Below are positions 20,808 through 31,181 of a stretch of DNA of 64,000 nucleotides, piece by piece. The notes under the pieces were generated by a model. It did no database searches and had not been told where the DNA came from. It saw only the letters and a list, made by a program, of their open reading frames with translations. The stretch comes from an uncultured Spirochaetota bacterium (lineage in GTDB: Bacteria > Spirochaetota > Brevinematia > Brevinematales > JAOACQ01), in NCBI GenBank assembly GCA_963783575.1, contig CAWAOD010000006.1, positions 64,001 to 128,000 of the forward strand, read 5' to 3'. The position numbers and the translations under genes were made by a program. Numbering within the stretch: position 1 is the stretch's first letter; each line of letters begins with the position of its first letter.

Positions 20808-21551
20808 ATGTCTTCAACCCTCATCATGCCTGATTTTACCGAAATCAGGGCAATTAAAGAAAAAATTGAAATGCTCAAGGAATTAAGTATAATCCCAGCT
20901 GGCGAAAAAATCCAAAAAATCACAAAAAGAATTTACCTCGATATGACATTCGACCTTTTTAATAAGAATATAACGCCCTCTTTTCTCTATCAGTTTTTTT
21001 CGGATATGGAACCCGTGGTCAATTTACTGAATATGGAAAGCACGGCTTTAATATGCATGAAAAACTATCCGTTCCGAACAAACCTGAAGCATCTCCTTCA
21101 AAAACAAAAAATACTGGATTTTTATATAAATATCCTGACTGAATTTTTTAGTGCCAATATTTTGTATATTCCAACAATTATTTCAAGGAATTCTTTTCAA
21201 ATTACAAATAACCCTCCGATAAGGATAATTAATGCTCTACGCCTGGATAATACGGAATATATTCATATAAGAAAGAATTCCAGATTTGTAATTATTTATG
21301 ACAGGGATTTGATCGATATTTTTATGCGCCCGGCGGAAGAAATGAAGAAAAACCTCATCCTGGAAGGTATAGAAATTAGCCTTGAGGACATTTGCAATCA
21401 AACACGTGATTTTACAGGAGATTCTCCCGTTTCATTCGATCAAACCAATTTCATCAACTATGAATACCCGGAAACTACTACAGATTCAATTAATATGATA
21501 AATTATGATTTTAAAAATATGATTATGGATATTACAAGTTTTCTGTTTTAA
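20808..21551 (+). CDS. Hypothetical protein
   Basis: 247-aa ORF with AAGGAG SD and a TTGACA...TATCAT promoter-like pair upstream. Confidence 0.6.
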   Translation: MSSTLIMPDFTEIRAIKEKIEMLKELSIIPAGEKIQKITKRIYLDMTFDLFNKNITPSFLYQFFSDMEPVVNLLNMESTALICMKNYPFRTNLKHLLQKQKILDFYINILTEFFSANILYIPTIISRNSFQITNNPPIRIINALRLDNTEYIHIRKNSRFVIIYDRDLIDIFMRPAEEMKKNLILEGIEISLEDICNQTRDFTGDSPVSFDQTNFINYEYPETTTDSINMINYDFKNMIMDITSFLF

Positions 21552-21721
21552 TGGGTTCACCTCGTCAATAAAGACGGATTATTGACGGAAAGTAACATTC
21601 TTCAAAATCGTTGCTTTACGGAAAAGGCTTGGTTGTTGGCTATTAGGCGGATGTAATGGGAATCCTTGTCCTCAACTTATTGCAATATAGTACAAATTTT
21701 TAGTTATTAAGGAGAATTGCC

Positions 21722-22255
21722 ATGAAATATACAGCTATTGTTATATTATTTTTTATTTTATCTTTAACTTTATATTCTTCAACCAATTATTCACCATTAT
21801 GCAAGGATAATGAAAAATTATGCATGGATAATGGTGAATTATGCATGGATAATGAAAATGTTATTTTTAGTTTTATTACAAAAAACAATAAAATTATGTC
21901 AATTTGTATTTCTAAAGATGAGTCATATATTGTTTATAGATATGGGACTAAAGCCAAAATCGAATTAGAATATCCCGAAGATAAAAATAATAGTTGGGCA
22001 AAGTTTAAATATTCATTTTATTTTCGAGGCGGTGGAGCTGCAAATGAAGGAATAGATCTTAATTATTTAAAATTTAATAATAATGGTTATACTTATACAG
22101 TATTTCAAGAATACTCTGCCGTTGATGAAAATACAATATACGGCATACGAATCGAAAATTCAAAAAATAAAATTGAAATAAAGGGTGTTCCTAAAAGTGT
22201 CATTGGAACTCTTATTAATCTTCGTGATAATAAAAAAATAAAAATTGAAGATTAA
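21722..22255 (+). CDS. Secreted hypothetical protein
   Basis: Signal peptide; YRYGTKAKIELEYP and FRGGGAANEG motifs. Confidence 0.6.
   Translation: MKYTAIVILFFILSLTLYSSTNYSPLCKDNEKLCMDNGELCMDNENVIFSFITKNNKIMSICISKDESYIVYRYGTKAKIELEYPEDKNNSWAKFKYSFYFRGGGAANEGIDLNYLKFNNNGYTYTVFQEYSAVDENTIYGIRIENSKNKIEIKGVPKSVIGTLINLRDNKKIKIED
21797..21859 (+). repeat. In-frame 21-bp tandem repeat x3
   Basis: TTATGCA(A/T)GGATAATG... encoding LCKDNEK LCMDNGE LCMDNEN. Confidence 0.85.
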
Positions 22256-22507
22256 TTTTAATTTTACGAATAAAGTCATTGTACAATATTATAAAAAGTA
22301 AATAATTAAAATCACCCCCTTGGCTTATCCAACAGCAAAATTATTCTACATGATATTTATGTCAAATCAAAATCTATAACGTTTGTTAACTTATCTAGGT
22401 ATATTTAGGGTTGTTCTAAAAACTTTTTATCGGGAACTTAACGTATTTAGTAAATTGTTATCTAGCTGAAACGAAATAATATTTTTAGAACTGCTGAAAG
22501 ATTTGAT

Positions 22508-22527
22508 TATAATGTAATTACATTATA
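22508..22527. promoter_or_regulatory. 20-bp palindrome, probable autoregulatory operator of the AbrB-like gene
   Basis: TATAATGTAATTACATTATA, 33 nt upstream of ATG 22561. Confidence 0.6.
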
Positions 22528-22560
22528 TACTTAATATAATTACAATATTGGAGGAAATTT

Positions 22561-22974
22561 ATGCGTATACCTATTATTGATATAGGAAATTCAAAAGGGA
22601 TCAGAATACCACAGGCAATATTGAAGCAAACTCTTTTTGGTGAAGAAGTTGAATTGGAGGTTACGGAAGGGAAAATTACTTTGCGGCGTTCCGTTGATAC
22701 TACATTAGTTCCTGATTTTGAAGCTATAGCAGCTATGGATGATATTACAATACAAAGAATTCTAAGAAAGATTAATGGCACTGATTTGATAACATCTTTG
22801 GTTGGAGCAGATAAAAAAATAAAAGAAACAATTTACAGGAATTTGTCAGAACGGGTTCGTAACTATGTTATTCCTAAAGTAGCCAGGCTGGAGAAAGGAG
22901 ACGCAAGGGAATTGATTATTGAGAGAAGCCGTAACATGATTAGTGAAGCCTTTATGGAAGTTATAAAGGAATAA
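22561..22974 (+). CDS. AbrB/MazE-type DNA-binding domain fused to a FliG C-terminal-like domain
   Basis: IGNSKGIRIPQAIL...EVELEVTEGKITLR followed by FEAIAAMDDITIQRILRKI...IKETIYRNLSER. Confidence 0.7.
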   Translation: MRIPIIDIGNSKGIRIPQAILKQTLFGEEVELEVTEGKITLRRSVDTTLVPDFEAIAAMDDITIQRILRKINGTDLITSLVGADKKIKETIYRNLSERVRNYVIPKVARLEKGDARELIIERSRNMISEAFMEVIKE

Positions 22975-23091
22975 TGGAAACTGGCTTAGAAAAGCTGTTA
23001 AAGAAAATGTTGGTTAAGGAGCGATATATTGCTAATCGGATCAAACTCTTAAAAATATTGTTCTAAATCAAATATTTGTAAAAGAGGTATT

Positions 23092-23910
23092 ATGAAAACA
23101 AAGATAAAAATTGATCTGGGTCCAGTCCAAAAAACATTGTTTCTACCTGTATGGGCAAGGGCTATGGAAAGCCAAAAGAGTAAACCGCTCTTAATTGATA
23201 ACACAGCTGTGAAAATTATGGAAATTATTGATTATGATTTCACAAAAATAATGGAAACAATTTCTGAAATTGTCCAAATTTCCTGGATCGCCCGATGCAA
23301 GAGATTTGATGATATTATTAATAATTTTATCAAAAGGCATCCTTATGGAACAATAGTAAATATAGGCTGTGGTATGGATACCACATATGAGCGGTTAAAC
23401 AATGGCTCAATTAGATGGTATGATTTAGACTTACCGGATGTAATTAATTTGCGTCAAATATTCATTGAAGAAAACAGCAAAAGAGAATTTATTTCTTCAT
23501 CGTTTCTTGACCCTTCCTGGTTTGAAAAGATCAAGATAAATGATTCTGCATTATTCATTTCCGCCAATGTTTTCTGGTATATTAAAGAAAACCTGATGGA
23601 AGAGTTTTTCAAAAATATAGCAAATACATTTAATAATCTTGAAATGTTATTTGATGTTGCATCACCTATTGGTGTAAAATTTGGAAATGAATTACTCGAA
23701 AAAACCGGCATGAATTCAAGCCCGCATTGGCAATGGGGGTTAAAAGATAAATCAGTATTAGAGTCCTGGGACAATAAAATAAAAATACTGAATACTTATC
23801 AAACATTCAATATAAAAGGTTTGAATTTAAGTTTTAAAAACAGGATAATAGGATTTTTATCGAATTTATCAAAAAATAATTACATGATACATTTACAGAT
23901 ATCTTCATAA
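23092..23910 (+). CDS. SAM-dependent O-methyltransferase, LCM/TcmP-like
   Basis: VQKTLFLPVWARA, IVNIGCGMDT, WYDLDLPDVI. Confidence 0.85.
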   Translation: MKTKIKIDLGPVQKTLFLPVWARAMESQKSKPLLIDNTAVKIMEIIDYDFTKIMETISEIVQISWIARCKRFDDIINNFIKRHPYGTIVNIGCGMDTTYERLNNGSIRWYDLDLPDVINLRQIFIEENSKREFISSSFLDPSWFEKIKINDSALFISANVFWYIKENLMEEFFKNIANTFNNLEMLFDVASPIGVKFGNELLEKTGMNSSPHWQWGLKDKSVLESWDNKIKILNTYQTFNIKGLNLSFKNRIIGFLSNLSKNNYMIHLQISS

Positions 23911-23938
23911 TTTTTATAAATAAAAAAGGAGTTTTGAA

Positions 23939-24337
23939 ATGGATATTTTTAAAGCAGTAAAAGCTGGTGACATAGCTTCAGTAACAGCATATATAAAAAG
24001 CGGCGGAAATCTTAATGCTAGAGATTTTTACAATATGACACCGATTATCGTAGCGGCAGATGAAGGTAAAGCAGATATTATTAAACTTCTTATTAAAGCA
24101 AAGGCTGATATTAATGCAAAGGATAAAATGGGGCAGACTGCTCTCCATCTGGCGGCCGGGAGGAATTATGCGGATTGCGCCAAATACCTGATTGAAGCTA
24201 AAGCTGATCTCACAATAAAAGCAATAAGCGGTTTGACAGCATATCAATTTGCTGCTGAAAATGGAAAGGATGTAGTCGCAAATATGCTGAAAAAGGCTGG
24301 GGCAGGTGTAAATCTTTCCAGTTTATCAAGGAGATAA
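23939..24337 (+). CDS. Ankyrin-repeat protein
   Basis: TPIIVAA, GQTALHLAA, GLTAYQFAA repeats. Confidence 0.9.
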   Translation: MDIFKAVKAGDIASVTAYIKSGGNLNARDFYNMTPIIVAADEGKADIIKLLIKAKADINAKDKMGQTALHLAAGRNYADCAKYLIEAKADLTIKAISGLTAYQFAAENGKDVVANMLKKAGAGVNLSSLSRR

Positions 24338-24518
24338 TATTTCCATAAACAGATTTTAATTTCTGATATCCCTTCCGCTATAAGACCAAAACGGAATTTT
24401 TTATTCGAAATTAGCTATTTTTACAAAGTTTGAAAATATTTAAAATATTGACAACAATTTTCGGGTTAGATACACTAATAGTATACTATATTATAATAAT
24501 AGTATAAAGGAATATAAC

Positions 24519-25202
24519 ATGGGTTCAATTGAAAGAAAAGAACAGGAAAAAGTAATTCGCCGGAATGATATACTTAAGGCTGCAGAAAAAATTTTCATTA
24601 AAAAGGGGTATGAAGGTTCTACCATAGATGAGATCGCTGCATCTTCGGAATATACCAAGCGGACAATATACCAGTATTTCCAGTCTAAAGAGGAAATTTT
24701 ATCGGCTCTAGCCTTATGTATTTATGAGCATCTTATTTCAGATTTCGAAAGAATATTTCAGGAAAATATAAAAGGGTTTTATAAAATAAAAAGGTATGGA
24801 GACACATATCTCAAAATATTTCTCGAATATCCGGACCAATTCCTCATTTCAAGCATGTCCAAGAAGATCCATACCAGTAAGGTGATCAAAGCCCCTAAGA
24901 AGTTAAGTGTTTATTACCGGAGGACTGCTGAACTAAATATTAGAATGCTTGAGTTGTACGGCAATACTATTGCTCAGGGAAAGGCCGACAATTCTATCAG
25001 TAATAAAATTGACAAATTAATGGGCTCAATCTACCTGGTTTCTTCTTTATTTAACCTTTTTTCTGAGATGGCTGAAAACAGGGATGTTTTTGCACAAGGC
25101 TTCAAATTTGATATGAATGAATACTTAAGGTTTGCTCTTGATTCTATTTATGCCAATTTTTTATCAAAAACAATAGAAAATGAAGAGAATTCTAAACAAT
25201 AA
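24519..25202 (+). CDS. TetR/AcrR-family regulator
   Basis: ILKAAEKIFIKKGYEGSTIDEIA...TIYQYFQSKEEI HTH. Confidence 0.9.
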   Translation: MGSIERKEQEKVIRRNDILKAAEKIFIKKGYEGSTIDEIAASSEYTKRTIYQYFQSKEEILSALALCIYEHLISDFERIFQENIKGFYKIKRYGDTYLKIFLEYPDQFLISSMSKKIHTSKVIKAPKKLSVYYRRTAELNIRMLELYGNTIAQGKADNSISNKIDKLMGSIYLVSSLFNLFSEMAENRDVFAQGFKFDMNEYLRFALDSIYANFLSKTIENEENSKQ

Positions 25203-25334
25203 TTTTAGACTGGAAACTTCGTGAGGGTACTTTGGCAGAAAAGTCGATGCCTCTATTTATTTAATTCATGTATCAGTATTGTGATATTAAACTTAGCCGT
25301 CAATATAAAATCTATATATTAATTGAGGTAATTA

Positions 25335-25922
25335 ATGAGTGAAATCAATTGGGAGCATTGGAAAAACTATCTTTTCCAAGAATATAACCAGCGTATGAAT
25401 ATGATTGAAAATGCTTCAATGGGATTTATAAAAAGTCAAAAAGGTTTTTCCGTCATATTCTTATTGACTAAAAAATTAGATATGTCTTTAGATGGTGTTT
25501 TTTCTGAGATAATTAAAAGCGTTAGTAGTGTTTCAATTGCTAAAAATGATGATATATTACTATTTGACAAAAATCAAAACGGCGATATATCAATGATGGG
25601 ACACAAATTTGGCATGTTTGGTATGATTGAAAGTATTGATAATCTCTACAAATATTTTATAGAAGTTTATCAATTGTTAAAGCCGGAAGGACAAATATTA
25701 TTAACTTCTATTAATACTAAGAATATTAGTTCATCACCTAATAATTATTCGGAAAATAACAAAATGAAATTCCAGTCAAATAATTTGTTCGGCCCTTATT
25801 TTGGAATATTTCTTATTGATTTTGTTTTTCTTCAAAATCAGGCTGAAAAAACAGACTGGTATGTTAAATTAATTAATAAACAAGAAGAAGGTTATTCAGT
25901 ATTATTTTCTTACAAATTTTAA
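25335..25922 (+). CDS. Hypothetical protein, possibly a degenerate SAM-methyltransferase fold
   Basis: YQLLKPEGQILLT resembles a methyltransferase post-II motif; no motif I seen. Confidence 0.4.
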   Translation: MSEINWEHWKNYLFQEYNQRMNMIENASMGFIKSQKGFSVIFLLTKKLDMSLDGVFSEIIKSVSSVSIAKNDDILLFDKNQNGDISMMGHKFGMFGMIESIDNLYKYFIEVYQLLKPEGQILLTSINTKNISSSPNNYSENNKMKFQSNNLFGPYFGIFLIDFVFLQNQAEKTDWYVKLINKQEEGYSVLFSYKF

Positions 25923-26112
25923 TGTTTAATGAAAAAGTATAAAATGAATTACTTTTATATAAAAAGACTGATTCTGATATCAAATCTCACCAATTGCTGA
26001 TATAATTGATAATATTAAGTTATACCTGCCATTGTATGCTGGCCTGGATAATATTACTATTGTTTTTCATTATTTATAATGATATATTAAATCTAAATAT
26101 AAATGGGCTTAT

Positions 26113-27960
26113 TATGTTAATTGAAGAATTTGGATTTTCAGGATCATTTATTGCTTTGTTTTTTGCATTATTCATTTCAGGCTGTTCTCAGATAGAAGCT
26201 TCAAAACCGACCGCATCCGATATTAAAGGTAACCCCGATAAGTTTTGTAATTATATCAGCAATGTCATTACTTTTGAAATGGCGAAAGAAGGTATTACAG
26301 GCCTTGCCATCGCGGTTTTAGATGACCACAGAACATTATATCAGGCTGGATTCGGATATGCCGACTCCTCTTTAAAAACGCCTGTTACTCACAAATGCAT
26401 TTTTGAACAGTGTTCTATATCAAAGCTTTTTACTGCTATAGCCATAATGCAGCTTTATGAAAAAGGGCTCATTGATCTCGATAAACCTATTACCGCATAT
26501 CTTCCTGAATTTTCCATACGCATGCGTGGAACAAATGAATCTGTCCCCACAGTTAGAACGCTTCTTTTCCATCATTCCGGTTTACCTTCGGATTGGTTTG
26601 AGGGGGTTTATATCGGAACCGGAACAAATTATAATATTGACTATACTGACAAATTCACAAAACTCCCGGGTATGTTTAGTAATGAAACTATGGCTTTTCC
26701 GCCAAATAAAGTTTTTTCATACAGCAATCTGGGCTACAGTTTTTTAGGTGATATCGTGATAAGGGTGAGCGGGATGGGTTTTGAACAGTATATGCAGAAA
26801 AACATTCTGGCTCCGCTTGAAATGAAGGATTCATCATTTATCTTCAGGGACGAATTCAAAACCCGTTATGTAAAAGGATACCTGGAAGGAAAAGAGACTA
26901 TCATTCCAGTAATTCGGGACATCCCTGCGGGGGGATTGAAAGCTTCCGTCGCCGATATGGCGAGGTTTCTGCAAATGGTTATTACAGGGGGAAGTCTGAA
27001 TGGAAAAATGCTTTTAAAAACCGAAACTATGTATGAAATGCTGAAGATCCAAAATCAAAACGTTCCTTTAGACAGGGACTTTAAAATAGGACTGGGGTAC
27101 TGGAATTACAGCTTCCCACAGATGCATAACGAAATTATTTTCGGGCATGACGGCGACTTGCCACCTTTCCATTCATTGCTCCTTTTCATGCCGGAAAGAA
27201 AGATAGGTCTGGTCATAATGGTCAACTCAATTCACGGTTTAACAGATTCTTCTTTAGATCTCTATCAGATAGCGATCAAAACCCTCTCTGCACTGATAGA
27301 GATGAAAACTGGAATACCTTATGAAACGCTTCCTGCTGAATCTCCGAAGCGGGATTTTACAGCAGGCGAAATCTCAAACTTGCCTGGATATTACGCGGGC
27401 TGGTTAGGATTTTCCAGAATTAAAATAAAAGGTTCCAGGCTTCTGGCTGAAATCTTTTATCCAGCATTCTGGAACCGGTACAGGTTTAATTTTATTGTAA
27501 GTTGCCATGGGAATTCCGAATAATTTTACGGTAAAACATGGATTTCCTTCGAATTCAAAAGGCTCAATACTTATTTGATCAAGTTTTTCAACTTTTAAAG
27601 GAATCAGCCCGAATAATTTATACTGTTCACTGAATGTTCCATCCTGGAGGGCCAATAAATCAAGGTCGGTTCCGGACATCAGCCGGAACATACATCCCCT
27701 CTTTTCCGATCCCGTTATCGAAAAACATAGCATATCTTATTTATGATAAAAAAACAGGCTTTTACTTTTTTAGAGTAAGAATGTTTGATGCTGGGATTAG
27801 CACAATTGATTATCCGCTTGAAATATTAAATGACCATGAAGCTGTCTTAATGGGTTACGGGCGACATCTGGGTGAAACCATCCGGCTTGAAAATAGCGTT
27901 TCAAATGATATTCTGTACTACAGCGGGATTATTATGAAAAAGCTGAATAATAGTCACTGA
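26113..27960 (+). pseudogene. Serine hydrolase (class C beta-lactamase-like lipoprotein) disrupted by an internal inversion
   Basis: SISK (SxxK), YSN and HDG motifs; lipobox ISGC. The C-terminal domain is spread over a + ORF, a - segment (~27452-27679) and a second + ORF ending at 27960. Start uncertain. Confidence 0.75.
27441..27688. other. Inverted intragenic segment flanked by imperfect 10-bp inverted repeats
   Basis: TTCTGGCTGA (27441-50) and TCAGCCGGAA (27679-88) match 9/10; the enclosed minus strand encodes the protein-like continuation. Confidence 0.75.
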
Positions 27961-28079
27961 GTCTGATAGTCCGAATAAAGTGGCGTAAAAAATAACATAG
28001 CACACAAATGTATGAATATATAAACCGTTATTCGCAATACTTTAAAAAATATGAAAAATAATTTTGTAAATATATAAAC

Positions 28080-28114
28080 CTGACATAATGCTGTCAGAAT
28101 TAAAATGATATAAT
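28080..28114 (+). promoter_or_regulatory. CTGACA-N6-TGTCAG palindrome plus extended -10 promoter
   Basis: CTGACAtaatgcTGTCAG, then 11 nt to TATAAT preceded by TGn; same geometry as 42063-42098. Confidence 0.65.
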
Positions 28115-28141
28115 AAATTGTTGAAATTCGGAGGATTATTT

Positions 28142-28213
28142 TTTGAAGTTTACAATACATCATCGATGATAACGGATAATCCGGATATAAATATCTATAT
28201 TGGAATAAAATAA
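28142..28213 (+). pseudogene. C-terminal remnant of a GyrI/Cass2-like effector-binding protein
   Basis: FEVYNTSSMITDNPDINIYIGIK* directly after a GGAGG, with no start codon at the SD. Confidence 0.5.
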
Positions 28214-28225
28214 ATGAGGTAAAAA

Positions 28226-29212
28226 ATGGCAAAGATAATCAAGGATTTCAAATCATTTATCGGTCAGCATTGTGAAACTACCTCAACCGGTTCGCTTCTT
28301 AGTCAAATCGGAATCGAACTTTCCGAACCTATGCTTTTTGGTTTAGGAGAGGGATTAGGATTTATATTCTGGAATATGAAAATAATGGATTTCCCTTTTA
28401 TCGGCGGGAGAGTTAAACCGGATGTTTTAACTCAGAACATTACCAAAAATTTGAATTTAAAACTGGAAGTTGAGGAAACTTCATCATCAAAAAAAGCCTG
28501 GGAAAATATCAAAAATAATATTGATGGAAATATTGCAGTCGGTCTTAAACTTGATTGTTATCACCTGGATTATTTCACAAATAAAATACACTTTGCGGGG
28601 CACTATGTTGCGATGTACGGATATGATGAGAACTTCGCTTATCTTGTAGATACCAAGCAACAAGGCGGTAAAGTAAAAACATTATTAAATAACCTTGAAA
28701 TGTCGAGAAAAGAAAAAGGGCCGATGTCTTCAAGGAATTTAAGTTACACGATTCATAACTTAAAAAAAGGTTATAACCTTAAGGAAGCCGTTAAAATGGC
28801 AATAACAAATAATGCGGCTGATTATTTGAATCCTCCGATAAATAATATCGGATATAAAGGAGTATTAAAAGCAGCAGAAGAAATCAAAAAATGGTTCAAA
28901 ATCAGCAAAAATATTGAAAGAGATTTTAAAACAACCGCAATGCTCATGGAAAAAGGAGGAACGGGCGGAGCTTTGTTTAGAAATTTATACAGAGACTTTT
29001 TAAAGGAAAGCTATGAATTGTTAAATATAAAGAAAATAGATGAGGCACATAAAATATTCTCTGAAACGGCGGATTTGTGGACAAAAGTTTCAAATTTGTT
29101 TAGCAAAACAAGTGAAACACAAAATGTTGAATATATAAACCAGGCATCCGGAATTTTTGTTGAGTTATCAAAAAAAGAAAAAGAGGCAATGGAATTACTA
29201 TCGGAAATATAA
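28226..29212 (+). CDS. BtrH N-terminal / DUF4872 protein (papain-like fold)
   Basis: GQHCET, LSEPMLFGLGEGLGF, HFAGHYVAMYGYD, GTGGALFRNLYRDFL. Confidence 0.85.
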   Translation: MAKIIKDFKSFIGQHCETTSTGSLLSQIGIELSEPMLFGLGEGLGFIFWNMKIMDFPFIGGRVKPDVLTQNITKNLNLKLEVEETSSSKKAWENIKNNIDGNIAVGLKLDCYHLDYFTNKIHFAGHYVAMYGYDENFAYLVDTKQQGGKVKTLLNNLEMSRKEKGPMSSRNLSYTIHNLKKGYNLKEAVKMAITNNAADYLNPPINNIGYKGVLKAAEEIKKWFKISKNIERDFKTTAMLMEKGGTGGALFRNLYRDFLKESYELLNIKKIDEAHKIFSETADLWTKVSNLFSKTSETQNVEYINQASGIFVELSKKEKEAMELLSEI

Positions 29213-29268
29213 GTAATTTTATTATGGGTGTTCTAAAATAACATACACATTTTAATAGGAGAATAATT

Positions 29269-29658
29269 ATGAAGAAAATGAAAAGGTATCTCAAAAATAT
29301 CCTGTTCGGTTTTATATCCTGGCTTATCCCTTTTGTTGCTTCAATCTTTTTTTACACAAAAGAAGGAAAATTGACTATCGATGTATTTTTATTCAAATCC
29401 ATAATGATTGTTGTCGGCTCAATTTCAGCCTCGTTTCTTCTGATTTTTTATTTCAAAAAAATCAATGAAAATTACTTTAAAGAAGGTATCATTGTCGGAT
29501 TAACATGGTTTGGAATAAATATTTTGTTAGATTTGCTGGTTTTGATTCCGATGTCGAAAATGCAGATACCCGACTATTTTGCACAAATAGGATTAAGGTA
29601 TCTAGTAATCCCGGCGATGAGTATTACAGTCGGGACCGCTCTGGCAAATAAAAAATAG
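29269..29658 (+). CDS. Small four-TM membrane protein
   Basis: Four hydrophobic segments; AGGAG SD. Confidence 0.7.
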   Translation: MKKMKRYLKNILFGFISWLIPFVASIFFYTKEGKLTIDVFLFKSIMIVVGSISASFLLIFYFKKINENYFKEGIIVGLTWFGINILLDLLVLIPMSKMQIPDYFAQIGLRYLVIPAMSITVGTALANKK

Positions 29659-29666
29659 GATAGATT

Positions 29667-30068
29667 ATGTCGTCAATAAATAAAACTTCACTTATAGCGC
29701 CCTGCGGAATAAATTGCGGAATTTGCATGGCTTATTTGAGATCAAAAAATAAATGTCCTGGCTGTAGAGTTGATGATATTAATAAACCTGTTACCCGAAG
29801 GAGATGCAAAATTAAAAACTGTGAAATTTTTAAAAACGTAAAAGTAAAATATTGTTTTGAATGTAAAGAATTCCCTTGCAACAATCTTGAACATTTGGAT
29901 AAAAGATACAGAACCAAGTATAATATGAGTATGATTGATAATCTTGAAAATATTAGGAATTCCGGTATCAGAAAATTTTTAATAAACGAAAAGGATAAAT
30001 GGACATGTTCCCGATGCGGCGGTACAATTTGTGTTCATAAGGGATATTGTTCAAGTTGTGGAATGTAG
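29667..30068 (+). CDS. DUF3795 Cys-rich protein
   Basis: APCGINCGIC, CPGC, CKIKNC, YCFECKEFPC, WTCSRCGGTICVH. Confidence 0.85.
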   Translation: MSSINKTSLIAPCGINCGICMAYLRSKNKCPGCRVDDINKPVTRRRCKIKNCEIFKNVKVKYCFECKEFPCNNLEHLDKRYRTKYNMSMIDNLENIRNSGIRKFLINEKDKWTCSRCGGTICVHKGYCSSCGM

Positions 30069-30252
30069 AAATAATAATGTGTTTTTAGTAAAATAAATAT
30101 TTTCTCAATTGTGAGCGATGTCCTGTATGTAGCCAAAAAACTCCAGCAATGCAGAGGCTAAACCGATTACAAAAGCCGATGCCACAAGGCTCTGCTTCGT
30201 GGATCTTTATAAAAAAAACTGTAATGAATCAAAAAAGCCATATTTTAGTTTT

Positions 30253-31170
30253 TTAAGGCGGGCATAGAGCACAGACCGACCGGAAAACCTCTGTTGAAAG
30301 GTAGCGGTCGCCCCTGTCCGGCAGAATGACTACAACTGTAGAGCCTCTCTGCAAATCTTTAGCCGCTTCCATTGCTCCCCAGAGCGCTGCGCCGCTGCTG
30401 ATTCCACAGAACAATCCTTCCATAAGAGCAAGGTTCCTTACTGTATCAAAAGCGTTTTCATCAGAGCAGACTAATTTCAAATCGAGAAGCTTCGGTTCAA
30501 AAATCTCCGGTACAATCGATTCCGACATATTCTTTAGGCCCTGTATCCTGTGGTTTAAATCGGGTTCAATACCAAGCACTTTTGTACTGCGGTTCTTCTC
30601 CCTGAAATACCTTGAACAGCCCATCAGGGTCCCTGTTGTTCCCATACCAGCGGCGATAAGGCTGACTTCGCCTTTAGTATCCCTGTCGATTTCGGGAGCT
30701 GTAGTTTCATAATGTGCTTTCCAGTTTGCGGGATTTGCGAACTGGTTGGGCATATAGTATCGATCGCTGAATTTTTCCATAATATGATGTGCGCGCCTGA
30801 TTGCCCCATCTGTTTTTTCCAGGCCGGGTGTAAGCTCCAGCTCCGCTCCGAGAGCGATAAGAATTGCTTTCCGTTCTTCGCTGACGCATGCCGGCATTGT
30901 CAGTTTGATTTTGTAGCCAAGAGCCGACGCAATCATGGCAAGGCCTATCCCGGTATTGCCGGATGTTGGCTCGAGGATGGTTTTGTTATGCGTCAATCCT
31001 CCTGTTTCTATTGCAGACTTTATCATATAATAAGCCGGGCGGTCTTTTATTGAACCTCCGGGGTTGGCGCCTTCAAGTTTTGCAAGGATCCTTACTCCGG
31101 TTTTATCGGCATCCCACATTCTTCGGATTTCGGCCAAAGGCGTATTACCGATTGTTTCAAGCAGGGTCAT
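30253..31170 (-). CDS. cysM: PLP-dependent cysteine synthase (CysM-like)
   Basis: IGNTP, KLEGANPGGSIKDR, TSGNTG, GMGTTGT, GISSGA, PDRGDRYLS. Confidence 0.85.
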   Translation of the reverse strand: MTLLETIGNTPLAEIRRMWDADKTGVRILAKLEGANPGGSIKDRPAYYMIKSAIETGGLTHNKTILEPTSGNTGIGLAMIASALGYKIKLTMPACVSEERKAILIALGAELELTPGLEKTDGAIRRAHHIMEKFSDRYYMPNQFANPANWKAHYETTAPEIDRDTKGEVSLIAAGMGTTGTLMGCSRYFREKNRSTKVLGIEPDLNHRIQGLKNMSESIVPEIFEPKLLDLKLVCSDENAFDTVRNLALMEGLFCGISSGAALWGAMEAAKDLQRGSTVVVILPDRGDRYLSTEVFRSVCALCPP

Positions 31171-31181
31171 AAATGCTCCTT

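Noticed and set aside
21560..30230. Integron cassette array (many short co-oriented accessory genes)
   Set aside because: No recurring attC-like RYYYAAC...GTTRRRY palindromes found between genes, no integrase, and several genes have their own promoters.
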